Positions 38,117 through 52,235 are shown, counted from the first letter of the stretch. The stretch: 64,000 nucleotides of DNA from Okamejei kenojei (GCA_035221665.1 CM069159.1:19716001-19780000); one strand, 5' to 3'. The notes: a model not told the origin generated them from the sequence alone. Numbers and translations are program-made.

Positions 38117-39747
38117 GTAAGTATCATCTTTAACTTTTGAAGTATTCACTGTATTGCTAATCTTTGAATTCTTATTGTGTTGTGTTATAACTGATATGTA
38201 CTGTATATCACCATCTATACCAGTGTAACTGAATATCTACTTTACCTGCTTATTGACCCAGTCCCATTAGTTTTATCACTTACATTTTCTCTCATTTATA
38301 TTGTTCTCGGTTTCCTTTATTTTGCCTTTCTCTCTTGTCCTGTTACTCAGACCCAGTTTTAATTCACCTTTCTCAATTTCTTTAAATCAATCTGCCCCAA
38401 ATACTCTATCTTCTAACTATGATGATTATTTCCCAGATTTGAATCATTCTCAGTTAAGTTTGAAGCTTCCTTATAGATATCTCTTGGTAATCCTATGTGT
38501 GTGTCTCCCCATCTGAGGCAATCTTAAAGGCTAATCCTCTTAACCTTCCTTCTCAACCAGAGTTTTGTGACATTTACAGGGTGGATCAATATTCCTCATC
38601 CCTCTCCCTTCCACATTCATATTCTGTCCTATTCATTTTAGAATTGGACTTTTGTCATTTAAGCCCTCATTGTGTGTGGGTGCATTGATAAAAGTATTTC
38701 AAGTATAACTAATTGCTCCTTCTCCAAACTTATTGGCTACGGTCTCACAGAGGTTCTATGTTCCCTTTCACCAAAACTCACTTTCCTCTGTCCTTATCCA
38801 TCTCCTGCAACACCTCACCCTTTTGCATCTTTACTTGTTTTGTATGTCATATCTCTCCATTAAATGTATCTTTCTCTACCAACAAAAGTTGATTCTTCTC
38901 TCCCAGCTTTTGCAATGAGTGGTATCTTCTTCTCGCTATTTTCAATGCCCGTCTTATGTACCTGTCTTAACCCTTACGTCTTTGAGAGTTCATTGCCCTC
39001 TGTCCTGCATTAACTTTGTTTAACTCCTCTATTCATGGCCACACCAACAATATTCCCTTATCATATGTAGGAAGAAACTGCAGATGTTGATTTAAACCGA
39101 AGATAGGCACACAATGCTGGAGTAACTCAGCGGGTGAAGGGTCTCGACCCAAAGCGTCACCCATTCCTTCTCTCCAGAGATGCTGCCTGTCCCGCTGAGT
39201 TACTCGAGCATTTTATGCCTACCTTCCCTTCACAGGTGACCCTACTACTCTCACCATATGCAGGCGTATCAGTGATCATTTGTAGTAGCCGTAGATATCA
39301 CTTACAACCTCACAACAACCAGTGTTCCGACAGGTGAAGAAAATCACCTAAGAATTACATTAGTGGCTTCACTCTTCAAACTGTTAGGAATTTGGACCTC
39401 CACTTGCCACGTTTACCAAAACGCTTCATCTCTCTACCACCAGCTGTATAACCCTCGAACAATTCTACATTTCTCCAGTCGTAATGTCGAAGAATCTCAA
39501 CTTTCATCGTGCAAACGGTTCATTAAGCTCTACCATTCACTCCCCTTTCCTCTCTGCATCAATCCCTCACTCTCCATAGACAAGAACAAGCTTAGCTTTT
39601 TGTTTTACGTATATGATTCTTTCCAACTTGGCTTCAGTGGCAGGCCCTTGAGAATGATTAGCTCTCAGAAGTGCAAAGTTTGATTGTGAATAGCTGTTCT
39701 GTGTTTACTTGCATCTAAAATGAAGTGTACATTATCTTTAACATTAG

Positions 39748-40065
39748 ATGGACCACAAGATCTATTAATAACATACAGGTTGAAAGCAGTGGATATTTAT
39801 CGACCGATCAATGATAGCATCATCTTTGTTGCTGCTGATTCATTCCTGGAACTGAATTGTCGTGTAGATAGTAATCCGGTCTCCATTGTTACCTGGACAA
39901 AGGCCACGGAGAATCATAATGTAACGTTGCAAACTGGAGTCGGTTTCAACAGTTCAAAAGAATGGACACGTTTCCAGCATAAAGATGAAGGGATGTATTG
40001 GTGCACGGCAAAAAACGGCTACGGCTGGAGAAACAGAAGTATCTCGATAAACACAAAACAGAAAG
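39748..40065 (+). CDS. Exon 4: C2/I-type Ig domain
   Basis: (Y)GPQ..LELNCRVDSNP..VTW..DEGMYWCTAKNGYG; phase 1-1; donor G|gtaaat. Confidence 0.92.
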
Positions 40066-40480
40066 GTAAATAGAAATGTAATTATACATGTGCCTAGGTA
40101 ACAATGTTCATTGAGGTAGAATCATTCTTAGCAAATAAGACCTCAGCTTAATTAGTTCAATGTCTTTTTTCTTGATCTTAGTGATTGATCAATTGTAATA
40201 TTTGATTCATTTTACAATCATATATAGTAAAGACTATTTAATGCTGTCATCTTCAAATGCTTTGATTTTATGGTGTTTTTCCATAGTAGATTTTTAAAAA
40301 TTAAACATTAGAGTGCTGCAGTTTTGTTTATTAATGGCAGTGTATCTCTTCTGGAATTGAAGGAAGTATGTACCCTGCTGTCAAATAAAGTTAAACGATT
40401 GCAGTGCTTTTTAAAAACTTTTTATGTTTCTCAGAGTTGAAACATTACATTTACTTGACATCTTGAATTTTCTTTCACAG

Positions 40481-40579
40481 ATTATCCTTTTCTTTATGTT
40501 CTGGTCCTGATCCCCCTAACTACAGCCATCATTTTGGCAATAATATATGTTTATCTGAACTGCAAGACACAACGGAAAG
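40481..40579 (+). CDS. Exon 5: transmembrane segment
   Basis: Acceptor ttttctttcacag; DYPFLYVLVLIPLTTAIILAIIYVYLNCKTQRK (no charged TM residue); donor AAG|gtaaca. Confidence 0.9.
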
Positions 40580-40827
40580 GTAACACTTAAAATAAATCGT
40601 TGGTTGTAGGTGTTAACCTTAAATCGACAACAATAGCCAGCTGAAAAATAATGTGGTTTTCAGTCAATCGTGTTATTACACAAACCTTTTTGATATCCTG
40701 TGTGTTGCTTGTTGGGTTAATTTCATGGCCAAGCCTCTTTGGTTAAATAGGTGTTACATTTCAAGTTAGAGGATCATGAAAGATCTTGGTCAATATTTTC
40801 CAGTAATGCCCTGATCTCAAAAATGAA

Positions 40828-41136
40828 TTCAGTTTAGTTTAGAGATACAGCGTGGAAACAGGCCTTCAGCCCATCGAGACAGTACTGGACAATTATCATC
40901 CTTATGCTAGTTCTATGTTATCGCACTTTCGCATCCTACATACTGGGGGGGAAATTACAGAAACCAATTAACCTAAGTCTTTGGAATGTGGGAAGAAACC
41001 AGAGCACCCGGAGAAAACCCATGTGGTCACAGGAAGAATGTACAAACTCCATGCAGATAGCACCCGTAGTCAGGATTAAACCTGGGTCTCTGGTGCAGCA
41101 GGTCTGTAATTCTATGGCTGTGCCACTGTGCAGCCC
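40828..41136 (-). mobile_element. HE1-like tRNA-derived SINE
   Basis: Minus strand has tRNA-like head, V-domain-like core TTTCTCCGGGTGCTC.GGTTTC.TCCCACA and GGGCTGAAGGCCTGTTTCC..TATCTCTAAACTAAAC tail. Confidence 0.8.
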
Positions 41137-41169
41137 TAATTAAAAATAATATTATTTATTAATTCATAG

Positions 41170-41212
41170 AAAAACACCAAACTTGGCAAGCCATTTTCAA
41201 AATTGGAATCAG
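41170..41212 (+). CDS. Exon 6 (predicted cytoplasmic microexon EKHQTWQAIFKIGI)
   Basis: catag acceptor, AG|gtacta donor; phase 1-2; frame restored by exon 7. Confidence 0.5.
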
Positions 41213-41847
41213 GTACTACATTACAAAAGATGCAAATGTTTTGAATATGATTAGTATGTTGGAGTAGTGTAGACATTTTGAGTGAGTGCATTTTGGAAAT
41301 AAAAATTAAAACTTTTTATGGGAAATATTTAAATTAAGATAAAGAGATGCGCTACAATGTGGAAAAACAAGTAGTTCAACTATGTTCTGTTTTGCATTCT
41401 AAGGACATTGATTTTATTTTCTGCTGTTCTTTGAGTCTCTACAAGTCTTTCAAATGTATTGACCATTATAATAGAAAAGGAAATGATCTTGAACTTGTTT
41501 GACCTACTGAGGTTAGGGAGGAATTTTGTAGAGGAAATTCATTTCTGGAAAAAGTGCAGCATGAATTCTCCACAAAGCCACCAGGACGTGGAATTATTCA
41601 TTGAGAGACTTGAAAGGACTCAAGTCTATTTAGTTAACTCTGCAACGGTTAAAAGGATGAAAGGGCAAGTTGAATTATGAGAGAATGACATAGCATTTCA
41701 CAAGGGGAGCAGCAAGAAAGTTTTGAAATGAAATTCGTTGAGAGTAAATTTAGAAAAAAAAGTCTAATTCTCTGTTTGCTATTAACAGTTTATGATGACT
41801 TTGAAAATAATTTAGTTGTTTGGAAAAAAGAAACCTTTAAATACAGC

Positions 41848-41945
41848 AGGTAGACAAAAGTGCTGGAGAAACTCAGCAGGTGGGGCAGCATCTATGGAGA
41901 GAAGGAATAAGCGACGTTTCGGGTCGAGACCCTTCTTCAGACTGA
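41848..41945 (-). repeat. Penelope-derived repeat arm with minimal hammerhead-like core
   Basis: Minus strand agt-CTGAAGA-A-GGGTC-TC-GACCC-GAAA-C-GTC-gct. Confidence 0.7.
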
Positions 41946-42631
41946 TAATACTGCAGAGTAAGACTGTTGAGCCAATTGGATTGATTGGATTTGATTGGAC
42001 TTTTCCCTGTCGTATATGATTCTTGATATTAGGCTGCGTGACAGCTTATCTGCCCCTCAGCTTATTAAATCATTATGTGAAATTGAAGCTTGAATGCCAT
42101 CAATGCCAGTGGAATATGTTTCCTGCTGTGAATCTTATCACTGGCGTTTCTTTATTGTCACTGCTTTGCTATTTCTTTTCACTTGCTTCACTCAAGGCTA
42201 AAGTACACCATCCCCCATGCATTTCCTGTTCAAGAGTGCATTGGAATCACCCAAAAAAAAAATCCTCAAAACAGAGGAATGCCTTGCCTTCCACTGCAGT
42301 ACATTTCTAGTGCAATGTACAGGCCTTTGTTAACCAAAGCGTTATGTGTTCTGGCCACTACGTCTCCGTATTTCTCATCACCCAGATCTTTTCCACTTGA
42401 ATGTACAGTATTATCTCATCACAACTATAGACCTGAAAATTGAAACACGCAGATTTCGGAAAAAATGAAATGCTGCTTTACAAAACCAGGCCAGGTTTAG
42501 AGGAAATCAGGTCCGAAATACATCCACCTTGATGTGAGAAGGAATCTATTGATGCTAATCCATTCTGGACACTGTGCAAGAGAGAATATTTAGCATATGT
42601 ATTTTGGGAATTTTGTTCATAGCTGCAAGTT

Positions 42632-42975
42632 GGACTTGGGCCTGGATAGAGTGGATGTGGAGAGGATGTTTCCACTAGTTGGAGAATACAGGACCAGAGG
42701 TTATAGCCTCAGAATTAAAGGATGGTCCTTTAGGATGGAGATGAGGAGGAATTTCATTAGTCAGAGCGTGGTGAATCTGTGGAATTTATTCCCACAGAGG
42801 GCTGTGGAGGTCAGTTCAGTGGATATTTTTAAGGCAGAGATAGATAGATTCTTGATTAGCACGGGTGTCAGGAGTTATTGGAAGAAGGCAAGAGAATGGG
42901 GTTAGGAAGCAGAGATGAATCAACCATGATTGAATGTCAGAATGGCCTAATTCTGCTCCTTTCACTTATGACCTT
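42632..42975 (+). mobile_element. CR1 3' fragment
   Basis: GLDRVDVERMFPLVGEYRTRGYSLRI..VVNLWNLFP. Confidence 0.85.
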
Positions 42976-44794
42976 ACGAACAAGCACTGCTTATCCAGTT
43001 GCAGTATTTTCTTTAAAAATTTACAATATCTTGCACACTCCTACCAAAAGTGAATATAAACTGAGTTTAATAAATGCCTTCAGATAAGACAAAAGATCGC
43101 CTGTCATTGTATTGTCCTTCTCTAAATCAAAGCAGGTTTACTTTCCAATCTTTGACAGGATAGTCCAGATTTTGGCTTTTCACGTTTCTCCCTGAAAATT
43201 GTATGGTTTTCTTGACTCTGGGTTTCGTCTTTCTGCTCTGCATTCCTCATTGGATGAGTTTCCTAACTCAACATTAAGATTTAGTAAAAACCTGTATTCC
43301 CTGGCAATGACCTTATCTGTTCCACCCTTTATGGCTTGTTGTATTGTTTATTTGGAGGGCAAATTGACTAGCAGCCAGCGGATGGCCACAACAGGTTTTA
43401 AATCAGCAAATCAGACACTATTTACATGCAAAAGTAGAAAATTGCACTGAAGTGGCAAAAAAAACAGGAGCTAATGTATCAGCTACACATATACTGAATA
43501 TTGGCCAGATTATCTTGGTTGGTTTGGGGAAGATCTCATGCTATACCACCCATTTTGCACTGAAAAATCAAGATGCATTTCTACACCTATAATGATGATA
43601 CTCAGTGAAAAATCAATTATTAAAAAATAGCTCAGTATCAAAATCCTACATGCATTCTAGGTCCCAAATTCTAAAGCAAAGAAAATTATGTAGCGATTAA
43701 GAAATGAATAAAACAATTTACAAATATTTGTTATTCATTTGAATTTTAAAACATCTTAAGTTAGGATTAAAGTAATCCTCCTATTTCAGATTTTGGCTTT
43801 TCTTCCCTCACTGTTAGTCACCAAAGCAAATAAATTGGATTTTAATAACAGAAATATTACATTGGCCCACATACTTTCTTCCATCTTAAAGAGATTAAAT
43901 GGTGTAATAGGGCAGGATTTGAAAAGTTCCAGTGTTCTATGCTCTAAGTTGTTCTTGTCAAAGAACAGAGGAAATAAAAAGTGAATGGTACAATAGCAGC
44001 CTTCATACATGAAATCGCATTTCTGCATGCTTGTGCAGTGAACTGTTACAAGAAGCCAAAGTAAAGAGGAAATTTGCAAAGATTTGAAGGGACAGTGGCT
44101 TTACTTTTGCAGTTCTTATGCTTGGCCTGGTTTGGAGCTACAGTTGCACAAAGTGGTTAACTGCAGCATTTGTAAGTGAGAGCAGTGTGTGGTATGCAGC
44201 TGGATATGCCTTTTGTATAGCTCTGGTGACCACAGTTCACTACAATTGTCTATTTTTAAATTTTAATCATTTTATCTCAACTACAGATAAAATATCATAA
44301 CATTTTGGGTCTGGAATGAGATATACAATCAGATAAATCCTTTGCATAGTGTGCAAGTTATATGTTAAACAAATTCATTTGGGTTAATATGTTTTACTTT
44401 AAGATTAAATGTTGCTTGGCCTCTTTTTTCAAATCAACATTTCAATTTGCTACCTATTGTCACAAATAAGTATCATGCAACAAAAGCTTTGTGACAAAAA
44501 ATAGTTGATAAGCTTGATAATTCTAATAAGAATTATTAACATTATTCAAAGAAGGTCTAAAATAAATTAGGATGGAATCAAAGTAAACAGGATATAACAT
44601 TTTCCAAATTTTGAGAATAGTCTTTTTGAGAGGTTCTCGTCGTGGCCCATCACAAGTTACCACAGATACGATTTACTGTATGAAGGCTACGGAACAGAGC
44701 TCTTCTTATTTTTATTCTTTGAAAATAAGATGAATTTACCATGTGCAATGTCACAATTTATTAATTACTTTATTCAACAAAATAGATGTCAACA

Positions 44795-45281
44795 AAATAG
44801 AGAGAGTACAGAGGAGATTTACTAGAATGTTGCCTGGGTTCCAGCAACTATGTTACAGAGAAAGGTTGAACAAGTTAGGTCTTTATTCTTTGGAGCGCTG
44901 AAGGTTAAGGGGGGACTTGATTGAGGTCTTTAAAATGATGAAAGGGATAGACAGAGTTGACGTGGATAAGCTTTTCCCATTGAGGGTAGGGAAAGGGCAG
45001 GACATGAGAATTAAGGGACAGAAGTTTAGGGGTAACGTGAGGGGGAACATCTTTACTCAGAGGGTGGTGGCAGTGTGGAATGAGCTTCTAGCAGAAGTGG
45101 TGGAGGCAGGATCGATTTTAACATTTAAAAGTAAAGTGGATAGGTATATGGACGGGAAGGGAATGGAGGGGTATGGTCTGAGTACAGGTAGATGGGACCA
45201 GGGGAAAACAAATGGTCGGCACGGACTGGAAGGGCCGAGAGGGCCTGTTTCCGTGCTGTAATTGTTATATGGTTATATGGT
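44795..45281 (+). mobile_element. CR1/HER1-like 3' fragment
   Basis: LIEVFKMMKGIDRVD..FTQRVVAVWNEL; tail GGGCCTGTTTCCGTGCTGTA + (TTATATGG)n. Confidence 0.85.
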
Positions 45282-45636
45282 TTATTCACTGAAATTGTGA
45301 ATTTATACCTGAAACCTTTGTAGCCAATAATTAATTATCATTTTATGAAATATTGCACGGAGGTCAATGTTGAATTCAACAGCCCAGTGGAGTAAATATT
45401 ATTGATCTTTTTCCGATGGTCGGATCCTCACTTCTCACCTAAAACTGACAGGAATTAGATCACTTTAGCCATACAGATTTGGTATTCTTTGCTTTTTTTT
45501 TCTTGTAGAAATGTGGGTAGCAAATGTTTACAAACACTGTAGCTTCACTGTAACATCTTTCAAAGTTGGCCAAGACCACGTTTTGTTGCAGCTTGTGAGA
45601 GTCTGTCCGTCTTCTCCTGCATTTCTGAAGACATAA

Positions 45637-45955
45637 GCCCCTGTCCCACGGTACGAGTTCATTCCATGAGTTCTCCCGAGTTTGCCCTGATTCGAACTCG
45701 GAGATTTACAGTAATGGCCACTTCTCAGTACTCGGGGTCCTCGTAGACATTTTTCATCATGTTGAAAAATTCTTCACAAGTCTTTCCGTGCTTACCTGCT
45801 GTTAGCGAGTCTTCCCGAGTACCTGCCGTTAGCGCTAAGAGACGTCCCCAAGCTCCGACGTACCCGCTACATTCATTCCCTGTGCTTACCACGAGTTTGA
45901 TTATTTTCTTAACTTGTGAGAGGTCTTGGAATGAACTCGCACCGTGGGACAGGGC
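45637..45955. mobile_element. PIF/Harbinger-like MITE (319 bp)
   Basis: ~30-bp TIR GCCC(C)TGTCCCACGGT[A/G]CGAGTTCATTCCA; TAA TSD at 45634-45636 and 45956-45958. Confidence 0.85.
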
Positions 45956-47116
45956 TAATACCCCTAGTATATGAAGCATTTAAAAAACCTCTCTGATATT
46001 CTCAGTGTATTTTGTAACATTTTTACAAAGGTCGGGTTTTATTTCCTGAATTGTTGCTACTGGTGTTCAGCATGGAAACATGATGATAATTAACTTTCAA
46101 GATATATTCAATTGTACAATGGATGACTGCATAATCTGATTTGCTACTGATGATTGAATGAGGAAACAAAACCTTTTGCTGTTAGTTAGTTTGTAGCACA
46201 TGGTTTTGTGAATTAATCTCAGCAGGAAGTCTTTATGTAATATTTCCTCTGCTTATGGCAACAATGCAGCATGCACAGAGTTACCCTGAAGTATCGAGCG
46301 GCACATGGGTCTGCAGAAGGACTTCTCACATCCAGTGTTATAAAGATGAAACTATCATCAAGCAGGCCAATTATGGCTTTACAAATAATTAACAAGGGAG
46401 TGCACATGGTATTGCTGAAGATAATACTCAAATGAGGCTTGGTTTGCCCATTCCACAAGCTCAGACAGTGTTAAAGATTTGGTAATCCTATTTTAAAGTG
46501 TTATAGAGTAATGCAGCATGGAAACAGACCCTTCAGCCCAACTTGACCCAACCAAGATGCCCCATCTTCACAAGTCCCACCTGCCCATGTTTGGCTCTCT
46601 AAACGTTTCCTATCCATATGCATATTTGCTGTGTGTTCTGTAAAGCATTGCATTATCAATGACAACATAAGTGATATTGGATGAATGTCTTGGTTTGTCT
46701 TAAGCATTCCTGTGAGTTACTCCAGCACGTTGTGTCCTTTTGTGTAAACCAACATCTGCAATCCCTTGTTTTTACACTGATAATTCTGCTGGAGTGGACT
46801 TGGAAGGACCCAAGATACAGTAGAAAGGTAGATGTGGGAAGCAGAGGGCAGTTGAGTGAATGTCAATACAAACTGATAGTTAAAAAAGTTGCTTGGGTGG
46901 AATACTTGTTCTAGTTCACATTAGGTACTGAAGATGGTAGAAACATTACTCACTCTCTGAGCAATCACCTCTGCTGGTTGGGCTAATTGCTTACTGATAT
47001 TGGGAAGTGCCTTTTAACAGTTTGTACCACAATGAATAATCTTACGATTTCCTGGCAGTGCACCGAAATAGCAATAACTTGTCAAACTGCTTTCTGGTGG
47101 ACTAAAGAACATATCA

Positions 47117-48862
47117 GCGGCACTGAACACACTGCCGATGTCATTAATAGGCAGAATAAACGCGATAAAAATGATCTTCTTACCACAAATATTGTACCTA
47201 TTTCAATCAATACCAATATACATACCTAAAAAATTCTTCAAAAAATTAGATTCTGATATTATAAACTTCATATGGGATTATAAATCACACAGAATTTAAA
47301 AAAAAAAACACTTGTGTAAATCTAAAGAATCAGGGGGACTGACACTCCCTAACTTATTGTATTATTATTGGGCAGTGAATATTAAAAATATAATCTACTG
47401 GTTGGACAGTTCTGCCCAACAGGTAGATTGGATAAGAATGGAGAAAGAGGATTGTTCCCCTTATAATATAGGAGCGATCCTTCTTTCTCCGATAAAACTG
47501 AACAATGTAATATACAAGAAGAATCCAATTATTCATAGTATAATACGAATTTGGAAACAAATAAAATTAACTTTAAAATTAAGAAAATTATCGCTTCTTT
47601 CTCCAATAGCTAATAACCCCTCATTCAAACCATCCATTATTGATAAAACGTTTACCCATTGGGAAAGAATAGGAATTAAAATGATGGGAGATATGTATGA
47701 AATGGGAAAACTTTTATCATTCCAAATAATTACAACTAAAATATAATTTGAAAAGTAATCAATATTTCAAATACCTTCAAATTCAAGATTATTTGAAAAA
47801 GTATATACAAGGATATCAAACTTTAACCCCAGATCTACTGGAGGAAGGAATGAATAGAAAGGCAGAATCAAGCAATTTAATATCTTACTTATATAATATA
47901 ATTCTAAATATAGAAACACCAACGACAGAGGCAATTAGAAGGGACTGGGAACAAGAGTTATTGATAAAAATTCCGAACGATGGATGGGATAAAAATTTAT
48001 TATATGTAAACAAATGTTCAATGAATGTAAGACATAACCTAATTCAATTTAAAATTTTACATAGATTATATTATTCGAAAACAAGACTGAATAAAATATT
48101 TTCAAATGTTTCCCCCATCTGCGACAAATGTCTAACTCAAAATGCCACTATAGCACATTCCTTTGTCTCTTGTACAAAACTGTATACATTTTGGAATGAA
48201 ATTTTTGGAATTTTTACAAAACTATTTAACACAAAATTGAACCCTAATACTGAATTGATTATCTTTGGATCAATGGAAGAGGGAAGTAAACTAACTATAT
48301 TCCAAGAAGCTTTTCTTAATTATGGTCTAATAACAGCGGAAAAAACTTATACTTAAATTTTGGAAAAACGCACCTACGCCAACATTCAAAATGTGGATCT
48401 CAAACATGTCTGCAATGCTACATCTTGAAGAAATGAGATTCCTCTTACTAGGCAAAGTAGACCAATTCTTAAAGATTTGGTCTCCGTTTATCAACTTTAT
48501 ACAAGCATATGGTGCAACATAACATAACCTTAGAAATTAAATGTTTAGAACTGGGTGACGGATGGGCAAAAGTATGAGATAGGTAGATCTCTCCTAATCT
48601 CTCTTTTCTTTTTACTTTTTCCTTCTCTTTCAATCTTTTAACTTCTCACCTCTGTCCTTTATTTTTTTGTTTTTGTTTTCTGTTTCTACTCGCTTGTCTA
48701 TCTATTCCGACACTCTTTATTTCTCTTTTCTCTCACTGTTCTTTTATTATTGAACTAAAAGTATGAAGTTGTACAAGAATGAGAATGTGTATTTATGTAT
48801 TAGGTACTTAAGTACCAGACTACTGTACTTACTTCTAACAAAAATTTAAAAAAAACAACAAA
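47117..48862 (+). mobile_element. 5'-truncated L1 (intronic)
   Basis: ORF2 C-terminal ORFs 47312-47746 and 47748-48356; poly(A); TSD AAA[G/A]AACATATCA 47104-47116 / 48863-48875. Confidence 0.88.
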
Positions 48863-51800
48863 AAAAAACATATCATTATGCAATATCGTGTTCTGTGTGA
48901 AATTATACTTACTTTACTTAATCTCTTTAAATGAAGAACATAAAATTATTGTAGCCGTTTGCTGCATAATCTATACAACATGTTCATGACACTCCCAAGT
49001 TTGGGTGCAGTAGTTTTGTCAGAGAATTGGCCACAGTATTATGGTTGTTAACATGTTAATTAAATGAAAACTCCTGAATACTCTGAGTATGTTATTCTAG
49101 TTACAACCAAAGCATGAAAGACGGCCGGACAAGTCCCTAGGGAAAAGTACTTTCAAGTTAATTCATTTTTGATTAAATCTTATCTATTGTCTTCATAATT
49201 TTATATTATCTTCATGGGTGCAGTTGACCATCATATCTTTGTTTCACTTCCCTCTTAAACCAGCAAAGACTCAGCTATACTGAGTTGTAGGAGTTGTATT
49301 GTGACAATTCAGCTGTGCAAGTGTTTCTCCGTGTTTGCTGAACACATGTGATGCTCCACATCTACATATTCAGTCAAACGGAGGACACATGGATTTGAGT
49401 CAGTTAAGACAGTGACCACAGCAATGAGTCAAGAGACCTTTAACTCATTATCTTGGCCCGGGCATCATGAACAGATACTTTATGATAAATGAAAGCCATT
49501 ATCAAGCACAATCAACTAGCAGGATAGCAGTGAAGACTATTTTTAGAAGCATGGTTATATTATTGTGGTCTAAAGCACCCTTTAGTAGGAATTGTAACAA
49601 ATTGATGCTCCATTGACAAAATTCATTCTGGCAATAAACAGAACTTTAAAAAAACGATGGAAAAGATGGACTGTAAAGCTAAAATATAATTACTATGGTA
49701 ATTAAAGTACATTTGAACCTAATATTTTGATAATTTAAAATATAGGTCAGGTTGAATATTTTTTCAGTTTGTTGGCTTCATTTTTGTTTTAGTGATTGTT
49801 CCCAATATTCAGCCTTGCTGCATGCGCACCTGTGTTGGAGATTTATACTTTAAAACTGGCAAATGGCTTTTGATGCACACTAAGATAAAGCCTTTGTTTT
49901 GGATCTGAATAACCTAGAACAGTGAAAAGCTCCAAGAAAGTTGGGGCTACGTGTTCATTCTAATGTTATAGGAGTAATCCAAAAACCTATTGGATACAGA
50001 TTTTTAGATCTAGAGGCCATTGAGTTTAGTTTAGTTTCTTGTTTAGTGTCACGTGTACCGAGGTACAGTGAAAAGCTCATGTTGCCTGCTAACCAGTCAG
50101 CGGAAAGACAATACGTGATTACAATCGAACCATCCACAGTGTTATCCAAAAGTTATAACTCAGTTATATAATTGGACTGATGACTGAACTCAGAAGTACA
50201 ATGGGCAGTTTTGCAGAACACTCCTAAATTGCCCTCTGCAACGCACAAGATCGTTATTGATTCTTTATGCCCAACAAAGTCCATTTGCAGAAAATACAGA
50301 CACATACTCTTGATCCACAAGAAGACCAAGGTGCAAACCTTTTACTCAAGGGTTTCTCAAGGAATTCCTCTCTGAAATTCACTCCATATATCATTACAGC
50401 CCAGAGAGCAGTTAATCACATGGCACAACCGTTGGTAGTTTAAAGTAACATATATTGTTCATTGTCAATAATATACACACTTCATCCTGAGATGTGAATC
50501 TGTGTAACTTTATCGGAATGGAATCTGGATTTCCCAATTTTAATGAGGAGTGAGTGAGCAAACTAGTACTGAATTAATTAAAACTGTGAAAGATGCAGGT
50601 TGACATTGCCTTTTGTGTTGAACGTCTCTAGAGTAGGATGCAAGCCCACAGCCTTCTGACAGAGTGTTACCAAACCAGGGTGATGCTTTCTACCGAGGTA
50701 GCAAAAAGCCAATGCTAATAATGCCTCAGGAGTGACTGATCTAATAATCACAACTGACAAGCTATGTGTTGAAATTAGCATTCGATTGTCAAATACATGT
50801 TTTCTTTCCCTTTCCCCAGATCCAGTCAATGTGACCATTGAGCTGAGGTAAGAACTTTGATTTAATTTTAACATTTTGTGAAAACATTTGATTAATATAT
50901 TTATAATATTGTACAATTTGTTTAATGATTTCACATTCCACCGGATCACTCAAGTACTAATTTATATCATTCCCAGAACCCCAAATTCGACTGAAATGCA
51001 GTAAATGAGAAGTTGATGCTAACAGTGTCAGAAAATTACTGCAAACCCTCATGATTTAACATATCTCAGAAGTAAAAGCTGACTTGTAACAACAGAAATC
51101 TGTGTAGGGATCTGTGAAAAGCTTCATTTGTCTATGTTTATTACACACGTCCAATTCTTATAAGTTTGTTATTCACAGAAAATATAAGAAAATGTAATTG
51201 AAAACCCACAAAGGGAACAATGCCTATCCAAAATGTGTGACAATGAGATGGGTGTTTCCCAGTGTGTGATAGAATTAATGCTTTCAATTGGAATTAGAGG
51301 AAGAACTAAAGACACTCTAAAGGCATTAATTGCACTGACAAAACGCTGGTAGCTCAGAATATTTCACTTTCACCTTCACCAGTCCCCATATGCAACTCTG
51401 CATACATTGCTGAGGTGTCCAGCAGTTTTCTTCCAAACATCTAACTACACTTTAATCCCTGAGAATATTTCCCATCTGAGAGTCCAAGCATTAGGTGTCT
51501 TTCAGGTGAAGTGTAAATTTCCATTCTCTCAACCCCTGTTACATCAGAGCCCAAAATACCTAAGATGAACGATGATTAGAAATGTCACAACTGCTAACAC
51601 TGTTAGCTGTACTAACTGGTGATGACTCGAAACTGTGCCTGCTCAAGCTTTTTGTTAGACGATCAGTAATTCCCCTCGAACATTCAGTCTGCTCACCAGC
51701 AACTTGTAGTTTTTTATGCATTATTAATTTTAACAACACTAATTTGTTCAAATGATGGAATTCAAGAGAGGAAAATCCTTATGTCCCATTCCCATTAATA

Positions 51801-52169
51801 AATGTTATTCTTCAATGGCTTTATGTTAAACACCATTTACTCATTTAAAAATGGGTGACATAACCATGGTAAGTGCTCTGGATGTAATTGAATACTTATG
51901 AAAAATGATGATGAATTACTCTGTATGGAAAGGAAGTCTGGACAAAAGTGACAGACTGTGCATTATGGCATTGGCTGGTAACATCGTTCAAGCCATAAAG
52001 TTGTGGTAATTGTGCAAGTTATTAAAATGCATAAGTGTGTCACTTTTTTACCATTCTCGTATCCAATGTCATTAGACAATAGAAGAATGAAATAAGGCTA
52101 ATTGTATTCTCTTTTAAAATTCTTCCTATCTTGTATTGATTTTGTCTTTTTTATTTCTATCTGTTCAAG

Positions 52170-52213
52170 TCCTGAACACATGCACAGGGATGCAAACTGC
52201 AACAAGGAGTTAG
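52170..52213 (+). CDS. Exon 7 (predicted cytoplasmic microexon SPEHMHRDANCNKEL)
   Basis: Long pyrimidine tract + caag acceptor; donor TAG|gtatgt; phase 2-1. Confidence 0.6.
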
Positions 52214-52235
52214 GTATGTATATTATATGCAACTG

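Noticed and set aside
49264-49290. Acceptor followed by QRLSYTEL* (ITIM-like)
   Set aside because: Needs an upstream phase-0 donor that I could not find; likely chance
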